A DNA stretch of 64,000 nt, taken from Malacoraja senta. Lineage: Eukaryota. Every line of letters starts with the position of its first letter. Position 1 is the stretch's first letter. The position numbers and the translations under genes are program-made. Below, one piece after another: positions 1-14,157 of this stretch. Under the pieces are notes generated by a model. That model searched no databases and had not been told where the DNA came from. It saw only the letters and a program-made list of their open reading frames with translations. The stretch lies in assembly GCA_038087875.1 (NCBI GenBank), contig CM075996.1:5458001-5522000 (forward strand), written 5' to 3'.

Positions 1-477
1 AGAACATTTACATTTTAAAAAAAGTTGTGTTCACTAAAAGTTATGGTCACTAACTTCAGAAAGATCTTTCACTGGCACTTCAACCACTTGCCAACCCGTT
101 TCCTAAGTTTAGGACCAATATTACCCCTTCTTGTGTAGGAGGGAACTGTAGATGCTGGTTTACACCGAAGATAGACACAAAATGCTGGGGTAACTCAGCA
201 GGATGGGCGGCATCTCTGGAGAGAAGGAATGGAAGGATAGAAGAAACGTCACCCATTCCTTCTATCCAAAGATGCTGCCTGTCCTGCTGAGTTACTCCAG
301 CATTTTGTGTCTATCTCGCCTTTCTTGGGTCTGACCATCTATGCAGTGGGTCAAAATATCCTCCTGGATGTATTTAAAAAAAAATCCCACTTCCCTCTCT
401 GCCTTTCACACTGAAGCAATCCCACTTAAAACTGGGAAAGTTAGAAATCCCCTGGGATGTAATCCCATTAGTCTAAC

Positions 478-1112
478 ACAAGGTCATAAGTGATAGGAGC
501 AGAATTAGGCTATTCGGCCCAACATTCAATCATGGCTGATCTATCTCTCCCTCCTAACCCCATTCTCCTGCCTTCTCCCTATACCGGTCACCTGTACTAG
601 TCAAGAATCTATCTATCTCTGCCTTAAAAATATCCATTGACTAGGCCTCCACAGCCTTCTGTGGCAAAGAATTCCACAGATTCACCACCGTCTGACTAAA
701 GAAATTCCTCCTCATCTCCTTCTTAAAGGAACGTCCTTTAATTCTGAGGTTATGATCTCTAGCCCTAGACTCTCCCTCTTAGACAATAGACAATAGGTGC
801 AGGAGTAGGCCATTCGGCCCTTCGAGCCAGCACCGCCATTCAATGTGATCATGGCTGATCATCCCCAATCAGTACCGCGTTCCTGCCTTCTCCCCATATC
901 CCCCGACTCCGCTATTTTTAAGAGCTCTATCTAGCTCTCTGTTGAAAGCATCCAGAGAACCTGCCTCCACCGCCCTCTGAGGCAGAGAATTCCACTTCTC
1001 CTCTTGTGGAAACATCCTCTCTATCCAAGCTTTTCATTATTCGTTAAGTTCCAATGAGGTCCCCCCTTCATCCTTCTAAACTCCAGCGAGTACAGGCCCA
1101 GTGACGTCAAAC
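478..1112 (-). mobile_element. CR1 3' fragment containing a nested second CR1 tail (~781-995)
   Basis: Similarity to other CR1 3' ends in the window. The inner copy starts AGACAATAGACAATAGG and is flanked by CTC(C)CTCTT. Confidence 0.8.
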
Positions 1113-2199
1113 ATTTCTCCTTAATGGTCTACATGTCTGTTCTATCTCCTGCAGACTGTATTGTACCAGAGCAAAATGATGGACCTTTTTTCTGTTTCTA
1201 AGATTCACCCACATCATCTCATTCAAAGAGCTTTCTAAGATATTCTCCCTCATTGCTAGTGTCGGACTCAATCAGAATTCCAATGCCACCTCCCCTACAC
1301 ATCCCACATACACCACAAGATTCTATCCCCGGGATTGTTCTGCGTCTTGTCCTGCCTCCAGTGATGTCCCTGGGATAGTAACCTAGAATCGTAGAGCCAC
1401 GCCGCACAGCACAGGCCCTTCGGCCCAAATCCTCCATGCTGACAGTGATGTCTCTCCGCACTAATCCCATTTGCCCGCGTAATGCCAGTATACCTTCAAT
1501 TTCTTTCCTGTCCAAATGCTTTTAAAATGTTGGAATTGTACCTGCCTCTACCACCACCTTTGGGCAGAAACTATAGAGGACCAGGATGAAAATCACAGTG
1601 AAAGGCCAGGAACACTAAATGATGATTCTGTTCCACTCATCATTCTGATACAATGTCATCATGCTGAAGTGATAACTTCAGAGATGCGACCTGGTGTATG
1701 TTTACATACTCTGTTGTGCAGTAGGAATTTCATTGTCCTATCTGGGACACATGACAATAAAACACTCTTGACTCTTGGTGTGCGAAGGATTTGTTATTCT
1801 TATTATTTATTCATATTGAAGGATGTGAACATCACTGGCATTTAGTGCCCATCCCTGAATGTCCTTGCGATTATGTTGTGGCATCTCTACAGTCCCTCTG
1901 GTGAAGGTTCTCCCACGGTGAAGCTGGGGAGCAAGGGCTGTGTACGGTTGCGATGGCTTCTGCCTTGTCTTTAGCACTCACAGGAGTTCACTGCAACTGA
2001 GAATAGGTATTGTCCAGGAGGGTATTCTACCCATCTGCTGTTTAAATGTCCGTGCCTAGATGTGGCAGCAGCTCAAACGAGCTTTGATCTGATCTCTCTC
2101 TCCAATGGTGGTAGAACCTAAGACTGGGCTTAGGTTCTTCCTCACAAAGCCCTTGCGATGGCTCTCCCCACCGGAGCACTTACTCCTGTATCTTGGTAT

Positions 2200-2610
2200 T
2201 TTTGATTCGCTGCCTCAAAAAGGCAGGCAGCATCATCAAGGACCCACACCATCCTGGCCACACACTCATCTCTCCGCTGCCTTCAGGTAGAAGGTACAGG
2301 AGCCTGAAATCTGCAACATCCAGGTTCAGGAACAGCTTCTTCCCCACAGCCATCAGGCTATTAAACTCAACTCAAACAAAAATCTGAACATTAATAGCTT
2401 ATTGCACTTTATCTGCTTATTTATATATATATTATATATATATATATATATATATGTGTGTATGTGTGTGCGTGTGTACATATTCAATGGTATATGGACA
2501 CACTGTTCTGTATTTATTTATGCCTACTATATTCTGTTGTGCTGAAGCAAAGCAAGAATGTCATTGTCCTATCTGGGACACATGACAATAAACTCACTTG
2601 AATCTTGAAT
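2200..2610 (+). mobile_element. Rex1/Babar-like LINE 3' fragment
   Basis: ORF 2193..2387 (IIKDPHHPGH..LPSGRRYRS...RFRNSFFP.AIRLLN). 3'UTR ends GACAATAAAC with CTTGAAT repeats. Confidence 0.85.
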
Positions 2611-5094
2611 GTCAGAAGTATATACCAAGGACTGGAATAATCAGGGGAGCTTGCTTGCTTACAACCTACAGTTAATAATTATTTTTGTGGCACTCTGAAT
2701 CTTCCTATTCCAAGTCTATCCATGGATACAAGGAGTGTAAAAGTTTCCCTTAGCAAAGATCAACTTCCAGGTCACAGCAATGACTTTATCTGATGCGAAG
2801 TCCGTACGATATATAGAAAAACAAAGGCGCTACCTAGCACTTAAAATGGCAGCTGGGGCGGCTTATCACTGGGAGGGGGTGGACTTATATTTTAAGAGAC
2901 CGAAGTCAAAACGGATGAAAGTTTTATTAGCAGCTGCAGCTCAGTTGGGTAAGCTGTTGCCTCTGACTCACAGAGTTCATTCATACTCCATGTCAGAGGG
3001 TGAAGCACAAACAGACACCGTAATTCGTACAGCATCGAGTGGGCACCACACCGTTAAATGAGTTTGTGAGAACGAGGACTGTCTGTCCTCTCAAGTTGAA
3101 CTGAAAGATTCCACGCTGCTATTTTGAGAGTCGGTGCTATGACCCTGGCCAATTCCTGTTTCTAAATAAGCTTTACTGACCTTTGTCACATTGCTGTTTG
3201 CCACAATGACCACACTTCAAATTGATGGCAAAAGCATTCTGCGGCATCGGAACGGGTCAGGAGGGGAGCAATACAAACTCCACTAAAAATACACTATGCC
3301 TTTAATTGAGAGCTATGTTGCAGGGATGTGTGAATTCTACTGTAATCTCCCACCTTCCACCCAGGCCTCTGAAGCACATTGCCTATAAATGCACTGTCAT
3401 CAAACATTAAAACTGCCAACACATAACTGCCCTCTGCAGGAGGGGACGGAGAATGGTTACCAAACTTCTCTCCTGAAGAACTGCAGATGCTGGTTTAAAC
3501 CAAAGGCAGAGACACAAAACGCTGGAGTAACTCAGCGGGTCAGGCAGCGTCTCTGGGGAAAAAGGAATAGGCGACGTTTTCGGGTCAAGAACCTTCTTCA
3601 GACCAGACCCGAATATCACCCACCCATTTTTTCCCAGAGATGCTGCCTGACCCACTGAGTTACTCCAGCATTTTGTTCATTCCCTAAACAGATTCCAATA
3701 CAGAAGCTAATCACTTCTATCTGATTTACCCAATGCCATTACTATTTTTCACTCTGCAACTGGATGAGTAAGTTGCCTTCAATCCACAGACTTCAATTGG
3801 AGCCAAGTTTCTTTTTAACTTCATGTCATTAAAAGGAACTGCAGATGCTCATTTACACCACAGTTAGACACGAAAAGCTGGAGAAACTCAGCGGGTCAGG
3901 CAGCATCCCTGCAGAAAATGGATAGGTCACATTTCGGGTCGGGACCCTCCTTCAGACCCAACCTGAAACATCACCTAGCCATTTCCTCCAGAGATGCTGC
4001 CTGACCCGCTGAGCTATTCCAGCACCTTGTGTCTCTCTTATTAAACCTTACTGAATTACTTCTGGAGGTACTTCAATTATATCTAATAGATACCTCTTGC
4101 ACCACACTGACCATTGCATTTGGTTTGTCATCCAAATGTTAATATAATTCAAGTCAACAACATAAAGTTTAAAAAAATCTTTATTATCGGTGGAAATGGT
4201 AGGTACGCACATTCTTATGAAACAAATTTGTTTCGGGGATAGTTACTGTGCAAAAATTAAAAAGATATTGCATCAAAACACAACTAATGGAACAGTAAGC
4301 AGCAACTGCAATTTAATGCAATTTATTTGAAGCAAAAACAATTTACAAAACAGACATTTAAAACCCGCCTAGTTATACGAGGAAACAAGTTGGAGTGTAC
4401 TGCCTAAATACAAGGAACTTTGTCGCAGAAAGAAAACAATTCCCCACATATTTCTGAAACAAAAAAAGCAGATCACACCCAGTTGAGAGTGATATAGAAT
4501 GTGCTTTGTTTAAAAACACTGCTGTGCAAATGATCAACTATACAAGCACCCATTCAGGGCAAGGCAGAAGGTAAAATCGGTCAGGATGTTGTGGGCAGCT
4601 GGTTAGAGTTTGGCTGAGGCTGCCCTGTCAGGCAGTGAGTTAGCATCCTTTCAGCTGGGAGAATAAAGGACCCGGTGTGGGGTGAGGAGAGCTTTTCTTG
4701 GTCCCCATGATTCTACGAGCATTTTTCAAGTCGTGTAAAAAGGGGTACTTTAAAGCATAGCTGGAGTTTGGGTGGGGAGCCTTGTTTAAACGCTGCTCTA
4801 TGTATGAGCATGAGGGAGAAACAAGAGGACAAATGTGCTGAACTGACAGCAAGTTATGAAGCCAGCTCCACCCATGAGGTGCTGGATCCAATGAGACTGG
4901 GATTGGGAACTAGATTGGAAAATGCCGAGTGGTACATCGACCAAGTGCGAAAGGCGCAGCAAAACAAGACCACAGCTTTGCCCTGTAGAACAGCATTATT
5001 ACATTTCGTCCAACAATGGTAATTGCATTAAAATGGCCAAGTGTGGAAATGACTCATCCACCACCCTAGTTTTCATTCAATGCTCATGGTTTAA

Positions 5095-5479
5095 ACCAAA
5101 GATCCTATAGCAAGCAAGATCGATCACACGACAAAAAAGATGTAGTACGGTCATGGGCAGATTCATGGGTCATTTTCGGCCCCATTTCCCATTTCCGTAA
5201 CCGGCTTCCGTCTCTGCACCAAAGAAGATAACTAGTGCGGAGACGGAAGCCTGTTACGGAAACATCCTCGTAAAAATAAAAGCTCTTTGGTAAAAATCAT
5301 CTCCTCATTTTCAGAATTATAATTTATTAACACAAACTGTTCCCCCCACAACGTTGATTACACTGCGCGTCGGGTCGGGTTACGGAAATGGATGAATAAA
5401 AGGCTCTGTTGCGTACTACACGTCAGCCCATTGCATTTAGCAGGAGTGGTCTACCTTGCTCAGCTATAGGATCTTTGGT
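5095..5479. mobile_element. MITE of unassigned superfamily
   Basis: TIR ACCAAAGATCCTATAGC with TTAA on both sides and an internal 28-bp inverted repeat at about 5192-5262. Confidence 0.8.
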
Positions 5480-6137
5480 TTAAACCCACTTTTGTAAATA
5501 CTAATTTCCCACATAAGTCAAACATGAAAACCAGCAACTGGGTGTGAGATGAAAGAGCTCATGTGAACAAAAGCATGTTTGTTGATATTTTCTCTTTCAG
5601 GTTCTGGTATTATAGCAACATTGGAAATGCAGCGTTGGTAAGGACGTAATGATCAGATCCAGGCTTGTTTTTAGTTCATTCTCAGGATGTGGCCTTTGCT
5701 GGCAAGACCAGCATTAACTGGCCTAATAATGCTTCAACTGAGTAACAAGAAACATTCCAAAAGCACCGATGAAGTTTTAAGAACAATTTTAGTTTTGCTG
5801 ACAATTCAAAATTGCGCCTTCTCCAGCTCCAATCCCCACTCTTAATATTATCTTCATAGTTAGTCTTTATTATGTAATTAGCACCCAAAATTTGACTGAC
5901 AAATTCCTTGAAATATAGTTCTGCTGATGAGCATTTAACTGCGCAGGACTTGATGTAAACCAACACATTCTCTCTCTATACTGTGCCAAAACTAGTAGCT
6001 GTCCCTATCCCCTCTCTAATTTATATACAATCTTCGATCGGCCTACTGCTCTGCCACACTAGAAGATTCAAGAAAATGCAGGAGCAATCCTGTTGGAAGT
6101 TGCCACCTCAGTCTCCAGTGGAAAACAGACCGTGTAA

Positions 6138-6453
6138 AGGGCCTGTCCCACTTACGTGACCTTTACAGGCGACTGCCGACACCCGTGATAGATCGCCGAA
6201 ATTTTCAACATGTTGAAAATTCAGCGGCGACCAGAAAGACGTTACGACTCTTTGGAGACCTCTCACGACCATACAGGCGACCCCTGGCGACATGTCGCGG
6301 GTGACCTCTCACGACCATAGGAGACCTCAAGGTTTCCAAAGAGTCGTAGCGTCTTTCTGGTCGTCGCTGAATTTTCAACATGTGGACAATTTCGCTGGCC
6401 TATCACGGGTGCCGGCAGTCGCCTGTAAAGGTCGCGTAAGTGGGACAGGCCCT
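6138..6453. mobile_element. PIF/Harbinger-type MITE
   Basis: TIR AGGGCCTGTCCCACTTACG with long inverted arms. TAA duplication at 6135-6137 and 6454-6456. Confidence 0.88.
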
Positions 6454-9400
6454 TAACCCTCCAGCAGTTTTATGGAAAGAAGATACAAACTGCAAATGCC
6501 AGTTTATTTAAAAAAAAACACACACAAAGTGCTGGATTAACAGGTCAGGCAGCATCCCCAGAGAACATGGCTAGATGATGTTTTGGGTCAGGACCCTTCT
6601 TCAGATGGCTATAAGGGTCCCGACTCGAAACATCACCTATCCATGTCCTCCAGGGATGCTGCCCGACCTGCTGAGATATAATCAAGCATTTTGTATCGTT
6701 TTTTACATATGGAAAGAAGCTGCAGCCTCTAGTGGCAGAATCAGGGCAGTGCAAGACAGCAACAAGGAGAAGACACATACAAGCCACACGTTGTTCCAGC
6801 TCTAGGCTCATTTGCAGGATGCACCATGGAGAGATGAACTGCATAGGCAATTTCAATGTGCATGTGACCCTGCACAGCTTCAAAATCAGGGCCAGCCATA
6901 TTACTCCAGAGAAGAGGTTCAGGATTGAATTTGGGGTATTCACAAACGACCTTTCACAATTACACTCCAAGTCTGCTCAGATGCCCTCCATGGGGCACGG
7001 TGAAAGAGACACTACTATGCAACAATTGCATAAATTAATCCATAGCTCTGTCAACACCAGATTTGAAAGGCAGCTCCAAATCTACCCCCAGAACACACCA
7101 GGTGTCCCATTTAGCTCCCCGACGACAATATTTTGATACTCATGGATGCAGGTTAAACAATGTCACCTCTGCCAGGAGTACTCCCGAGAACAATACAAGC
7201 AATGTCACAAACCACCTACCCCCTCCCATCAAGTCAATGCAGTTATAGTCATTCAAACCCAGCGACCAAATAAATACAAGAAAAAAACCCCACCAATAAT
7301 TAATCATAAAACCCGGCACCGTTGACTGCAAGTCATGGGCACTGAAAGCTGCTACACCTGACAGCCTGTCGAAGAATCAATACAGCAAGCAACATGGGCT
7401 GATTTACAGCAGTAAGCAGCTTCATAACACGCCAGAGTCATTGGATACAGAGAAATCAGCACTATTTCAAATCAGCCAAAGGAATAGTCCAGGAACATTT
7501 AAAACATATATTAAATAACCATTTAAGTAAAAATGAACACCTATTAGAATCACAAATGCAAAAGATGACAGATTTATAAATTAAGTTTTAATGGGTACTG
7601 ACTAGCCATTCCCCCCATTTTCCAGACAATGCCTCTTTGAAGCAATAAATTAAACTACGTTTTAATAGCTGAGAAAACAGTTTCCCCCTCGTCTTACGAG
7701 TTTGAAGTGCTGTACTGTGAATGGACTTGCAACCTTGTGGTCTGTAACTTTAAGCAGCATTAAATCATTGGTTTGCAAGAGCTGAAATCCACCAAAATAA
7801 GCCACAGAAACCACCAATATTTAGACCACTGTAAACAGAATGTATTAAACGAGAATATTGTGCACAAAACCTATACCAGTAAAGGTTTAAATTGGAATGC
7901 AAGCTACTCTATACAGTTATGGTTATGTTTGACCTTATTGAGATGAAACATTAAATGTTTTTCTCTCTCCACAGATGCTGCATGACTATTTGAGCATTTC
8001 TGGCCTTCCCAGTTTCATGGCTGCCATTGTGGGAGTAATACTGGACAGCAATTCAGACTTTAAACCTTGCCTGATCATTTGTCGTCTTACACGAAGTTCA
8101 GGAACATGAAGGCCAACCTCAACAAGCCCACCTCATACGCACCTCCTCTCCCCTTAACCTGCTGTTGCAGGAGCCCATGAACCCTCTTGGCTTTTCGGAC
8201 CATCTACCCCGTCGATTGCTTTAGACAAATAGTTAAGGGCAAAGAGAAGGGGCTTTATGTCATAGTCTTTCAGTTTACACTGAAATATTCCACTAGAATA
8301 ATAAGGTGGAGCAATCTTGCAGGGCACCAAAAATGCTGCTGATACATTTATATTGATTATGAACTAGGTTATTGGTTTCCAGTGGCAGTTACATATCTAA
8401 CAGTTGCTGAGGCAAAAGTTCAAACTGCAAATTTACACCTGGTCACAGGCTAGACTTAAATAACTCCAAAGTCTCCTTCATAGCTTCATAAAGTGTGGAG
8501 ATCAAGTTTATCCAATTCAAAGCAAGCAAGCATTCAAAGTCAGCTTCCACTGCAGGGTCAAGGCGATTCCCATCATCCGCCCCACTTCACTGACTTTTTC
8601 TGTGCTAAATGGACTGATGTTCTTTTAACTTTGATGGTTGAGGAACAAGGGAATTTGCATTGGGAAAGGTGGAATTGCATCAGTGGCTAGTGACCCGTAA
8701 TGTGATACCAATGCTTGGAAGGAGGAGAGTCAACAGAATGAGATTGAACAATATAACTGATGCAACAAGAAGTGAATTGATAACTGATCATGGAATTCTA
8801 TGATATGCTCAAAACTACCCAGGTTTCCACTCCTTCATTACTCCCATGTTAGGCGGATGCAAAAATGCTTTTCATTTCACGAGGCTGAAAACCGTGCCCC
8901 ACCCAAAGGATTTTTACAATATCCTTAAGAAACAAATCAACCAGTTCCAGATACATCAATGGTTACAAATCCACTGTCAGATGCCAGGGTTCAGTGGCCA
9001 TCATACTGCAGAGTTAGTTGGTATTTTAAGTGGGAGTTCATAGCAGACATCAAGCACCTCCAGTTTAAATTCCATTTGGAATATTTTGGAGGACCAAGAA
9101 ACCAAGAACCAAGAACAGGATATTGGAGCAGACCCACAAACCTACGAAACCAAAAGTATTTTCATCGAAATCATGGTCATGGAAATGATTGTTTTCAACC
9201 TAAAAAGATCAAGAGCATCTATTGGCCGCATAGACCAGGGCCATCCAATAGCTCCAAGTATTCAAAAAAAAACAAACTTGCACACCCTCACCCAATACAC
9301 AAGAATATATTTTGTTCATCAAAACACCTGCTACCATTCAGTTACCAAACCAGTTGATCCAGTCAAAACTAGTTGCAACTCAGTTTACTACTGCAAACTA

Positions 9401-9835
9401 CCGGCAGAGATAACATGACCAACAAACGGGACCCCCAGTTTCTGTTCATTGTTCAGTATTTCTCCTCTGTTCCCAAGTCTTCACTTGGAGAGTGGGCAAT
9501 ATAAATAGACAACTGTGGAATAGACTGGGGAGCGGGCTGTAACATCTCATTACCACCGTCGGGGTCGAGTCGGCATTCTGGTGACTATTGGGCAAGTCTG
9601 GCCCAGATTGTGTCCACAGCTGTAACACCAAATTAACACAGTCCTGGTGAAGTAGGTTTAAAGCCTGGAATCTAGATGACCTGCTGTTGTTCGATCTCAA
9701 CCACAGGAATGATTTCTGGCCTGCTTATTTAAAAGACCCTCAAAAATAAAGGGAATGCTAAACTGTGCAAAACAACTACATCTCACTCCTTGGGATGTGC
9801 TTAAATTGGATGCCCACCAAGAGGATGAATAGTTA

Positions 9836-10193
9836 AGCCCCTGTCCCACTGTACGAGGTAATTCAAGAGTTCTCCCGAGTTTTCCCCTGATTCGAACTCG
9901 GAGAATGTCCGTAGTGGGTCCGAAGGAGTTCGTGGATGTCTCGTAGCGGCTCGTAATGCTAACGGTAGGTACTCGGGAAATCCGGTAAACTCGTGATGTT
10001 TCTTCATCCCTGAAAAAAAAGTCCACGAGTAAAAAAAATACTCGTGATGAAAAAAATGGTTACTTTTTACTCGTACGAGCCGCTACGAGACATCCACGAA
10101 CTCCTACGGACCTGCTACGGACATTCTCCGAGTTCGAATCAGGGGAAAACTCGGGAGAACTCTTGAATTACCTCGTACAGTGGGACAGGGGCT
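9836..10193. mobile_element. PIF/Harbinger-type MITE
   Basis: TIR AGCCCCTGTCCCACTGTACGAGG with about 80 bp of perfect inverted arms and TTA/TAA flanks. Confidence 0.88.
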
Positions 10194-11345
10194 TAAGGGG
10201 AACTTAATAAGGTGGTCAAAGTGCTCACCAACCAACAAGTAGCCAGCTACAAAGGAAAGATTGTTTGTCAACCATGAACCATTCCCCAGTCTTTGCACCA
10301 TATTCTGGACAGCAGAAATAATCGGAGGAAATTGTGGGAACAGTGGTGGTGATGATGAATGGAGAATGAGGTAGTCTGAAACTGGGAAACCTGGCCTGAT
10401 TCCATCCTTCAACCAATATTTATTGGGAAGCAGTACACTCCTGACTTGGTCAGATTAGAAGTCAGTGGAATGAGAGAGTTAACAAACTAGAAACATTTTA
10501 AAATAAGTGCCTATGAAAAAGATTTGAATGAAAAAAGTTAAAGAGTTGTCCAAGTACTAATATTTAGCCCATACTTCATATAGATTTGTGCTGTGAACGT
10601 TAAGATGTCACTGGGATGGAAATAGTTAATGCCGACAAACTGTACCAGAAGGAAAGGCACGCAGTGGCCTGTCTTCAACAAGATGTAAAGGTAGACAAGG
10701 TAAAAAGTCCTGAACTGAAGGGGACATCTGAAACCGGCAGAACAATGGAGTCTAGAACAAATTCCATAAATGGCGCCGTGTCAGAGCAAGATACAAGTGG
10801 TCAGCAAGTTGAGTCAAGCAACTAAGACATGAAAGTGCAATAATGACTGAGATTACATTACCCTCCCCACAATCAGTATTATGGAACACATTTATTCAAT
10901 AATAACTCCAGTGGCAATACTGGAAAGGTTATCCCTTGCATTGGTAATGATACTGGCACTACAGTGGATAAACACCGACAAGTCCAAGGTGCTGGTATAT
11001 TTTAGGAAGAATCCAGAGGACAGGTGATGATAGGGGTAAAAATATTGTATTGCAAGAAAGAATGCAAAGTCACATGAGTGCCTAGTAACATCGTTCACTC
11101 AGACAGCTAACAAAGGGCCATGAAAATTGAAATATTGCACTATATAGTTCAGTAAAGTATGTGTACAATGTATATGCACTTTTCAAACAGATTTTAGAAA
11201 AGAAACTTTCTACCACTTTTCAACATGTTAGGTATGATGAAAGATACTTGAAGAGAAATCTTCATTTTTCTTGAGATCACCGTTTAGTTCTGCGAGGCTG
11301 GTGGCCACGTGGCTTCACGGACAGCAGCTCTCGGAATTGCTTCTA

Positions 11346-11436
11346 TTAGCTCCGATTATTCTCATTGATGCTGGTTCCTGCCACTGGTTGAATCTGAACA
11401 GAGTCGAGGATTGGCTTAATGAGTTGACCAAAAGGA
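11346..11436 (-). CDS. DESI1: DESI1 coding exon 6 to stop
   Basis: Acceptor ttttcag|, then (T)PFGQLIKPILDSVQIQPVAGTSINENNRS and TAA followed by TAG. The six exons sum to 501 nt, i.e. 166 aa plus stop. Confidence 0.94.
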
Positions 11437-12097
11437 CTGAAAACAAAAAGGAGAGAGAGAGAGAGAGCAACACAGAAAAAGTCCAGAGTTAGTTGTTGTT
11501 GTTCATTTTTACTCTTCCATTCAGAGGCACAAATGCCTCACTAGGATACAGGTCTCTTGGGCACAGGTGGTTTAACATTACCATGGCCTAGAGTGAATGC
11601 AGGCAATGCTGCCAGCTACTCAAAGACATGCGGGATTATAGATGAATTGGCCCTTTTTTTGTTAAAATGGCGTGTATGTGTGAGTGAGATAACTTAGAAC
11701 TTATGTGAATGGGTAATCGGTGGTCCGTGTAGTCTCGGTGGGCCGAATGGCCTGCCTCCATGCTGTAGATTAAATTCAACTATAACAAAAGAGGGCCATC
11801 ATAGCACACATACATCCCCAATTTCTAGCGTTGATCATTGTATTGCAGTCAGGATAGTGAATCCACACAGGCAGATAAGTCTACTGCCCCCCTCCCTAGA
11901 CCAGAGACATTTTGCCTGATTGTGTGGAGCCAACAGGCCAAACTCAGGAACTTGGGTCTGCTTAGATCAGATAAATGCTACTTTTGCTCCCTGAGTCTTT
12001 AAAGTCCTGCAGTGCCCCGATAAAAAAGACAGTGCATTCAGAAGTGAACAAAACAAATAGCAGAATAACAAAAAAAACAAGGGCAACAAGTACTCAC

Positions 12098-12220
12098 GTT
12101 GATAAAACCTCAGAAGGCAGGTCTGTGATGTAGGATGGAATCTTCTTTCCAGTGAGAAACTGGGCCACTTCATTACTGAATGTATTGCAGTTATGTTCAA
12201 AAAGTTTGTAGCATTCTCCC
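12098..12220 (-). CDS. DESI1: DESI1 coding exon 5 (catalytic Cys107, HNCN motif)
   Basis: 123 nt between acacag| and |gtgagt, encoding (R)[40 protein letters not shown](T). Confidence 0.97.
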
Positions 12221-12696
12221 CTGTGTGCGGCAAAAAGGCTGAAGTTAAAGTTTCCACAGAACAGTTAATCAGGTAAAGTAGAAGTTAAGATGCCCAGAAA
12301 GAGATCTCTTTGGCAACATTTCAATTGTTATGGTATTCATGTGTAGGAAGGAACTGCAGATGTTGCTTTAAACCATAGACACAAAATGCTGGAGTAACTC
12401 AGCGGGTCTGGTGGCCAAGTGTGAAGAGGAGATGGGTTGTGTAGATTAGTTATTGCATGTGAACCAATCACAGTAGAAATAGCATCACTAACCCCACCTT
12501 ACTGTATGATTCATACTAACACCCACTTCCTACACTGGTCAGCCTTGGAAGCGGTAACGATGAACTAACAGCTAACAACCTGCTGTACCGCTATACTATG
12601 TGTACAGATTAAAGATGACTTTGAACTCCAGATTGTACAGCTTGCTTATTTACAGGTTGGTTGCATCTTTTCATCGTCCTTTGAAGACTAAAGAGC

Positions 12697-13016
12697 GGGC
12701 TGCACGGTGGCACAGCGGTAGAGTTGCTGTCTTACAGCGCTTGCAGCACCAGAGACCCAGGATCGATCCCGTCTACGGGTGCTGTCTGTACGGAGTTTGT
12801 GCGTTCTCCCCGCGACGAACTGGGATTTCTCCGAAATCTTTAATTTTCTGCCACACTCCAAAGATGTACAGGTTTTCTAGGTTAATTGGCTTGGTATAAA
12901 TCTAAAAATTGTCCCTAGTGTGTGTGTGGGATAGTGTTAATGTGCGGGTATCGCTGGTCGGTGCGGACTAGGTGGGCCGAAGGGACTGTTTTTGGCGCTG
13001 TATCTCGAAACTAAAC
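12697..13016 (+). mobile_element. HE1-type tRNA-derived SINE
   Basis: A/B-box head (GGTGGCACAGCGG, GATCGATCCC), central GGAGTTTG..TTCTCCCC domain and CR1-like tail GGGCCGAAGGG..CTAAAC. Confidence 0.85.
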
Positions 13017-13317
13017 AAAACATTAAGAGAGCAAGCGCAATAAATATTTGAAATGGCATATCTACCTGTGTCTCAACATGAGAAATAGAAGTTACAATTA
13101 AAATGGTGCTGGAGAACTTCAGCAGACTGACGGTGACAGGTGGAGGAAATGGCATGTGTTATTCGAAGCCCTGTTTCCCTTCAGTTAATGTAATCAATCA
13201 GAATCTAATTCAATCAATCAAAATCTGCAGCAGATAAAGCAACTCTTGTGGAACTTTCCCATGGCGAGTCAACATTTTCAAGACAAGATTATGATAAAAA
13301 GGCTTTTAATAAAAGCA

Positions 13318-13600
13318 TTTTTTTTTTTTTTTTTTAATATTTTTTATTGGAGATAAGTACACAACCTATTAACATCATTACAGTCTTACATTTTTAAATT
13401 GATAATATTATCAATTATTATTACATTGTCTCCAATACCTTTTGACTTTTTTTTTTAAACTAGATAGAACTAAAAAGATAGATGAAGTAAAGAAAGAAAA
13501 GAGAGAGAAGAAAAAGAGAAAAAAAAACAAAAAAACAAAAAACAAAAAAACAAAACAAAAGGGAAAGATAGTTAAAGAAGAATGGAAAAATTTATTAAAA
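13318..13600 (-). mobile_element. Poly(A)-tailed retroposon 3' end (L1/Tx1-like)
   Basis: Long T run preceded on the minus strand by AATAAA and a T-rich 3'UTR. Confidence 0.45.
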
Positions 13601-14157
13601 TAAAAAACTTCATTCGAAATATATTCGTACATTTCAGAGTATAGCATTTCATCCATTCTTTAGCCCGAGTATTAGTCAGGTTAATCTTCTGTGGCATGCA
13701 ATTCCTCAATGGCAGCAAGGTATAACATTCACATCCGCAGATTCTATATGGATTTATAATGCGGTGGATGGCAAGATGCATGCATAAAACCTAGATTTTT
13801 TGTATTAAATTGTACATTTTGGCACTGTTCATGCTGCTAAAAGACAGTTGGATGTTCTTGTAGAGACACAAGAAACCGCACATGCTGGAAACTTGAGCAA
13901 AACACAAGGTTCTGGAATATCTCAGAGGATAAGGCAGCATCTGTGGAGGAAATAGATAGGCGACGTTTTGGGTCGGGACCCTCCTTCCGTCATTGTGTTA
14001 GGAGGGAAGAAGCTGGAAAAAGACGGGTCCAAAGCCTCGTAAGTAACAGATGGACACCGACAAGAGGGGTAGGTATTATGCCTCTGCTCAAAACAACATG
14101 GTGCTAGGGTATACCACGTCTGTGTTTCGAGAACACAAGAAACAACTAGGGACTAAC

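Larger units (their letters stand above)
4160..11345 (-). other. DESI1: Probable long DESI1 3'UTR with alternative poly(A) sites
   Basis: Relatively LINE/SINE-poor AU-rich stretch after the stop. Minus-strand AATAAA at 10891-10896, 10419-10424 and 4180-4185, the last followed by U/GU-rich sequence. The extent is inferred. Confidence 0.45.

Noticed and set aside
2780..3061. 93-aa ORF with a nearby AAAATGGC/GGGCGG motif cluster
   Set aside because: No recognisable homology or exon structure, and the motifs alone are too weak to call a promoter.
9833..10196. piggyBac/Kolobok assignment based on TTAA flanks
   Set aside because: Relatives with known empty sites (41743 and 45875) show 3-bp TWA targets, which favours Harbinger.
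12697..12775. tRNA genes at SINE heads (also 50036 and 55434)
   Set aside because: The A/B boxes continue into SINE bodies and tails, with no complete cloverleaf or Pol III terminator.
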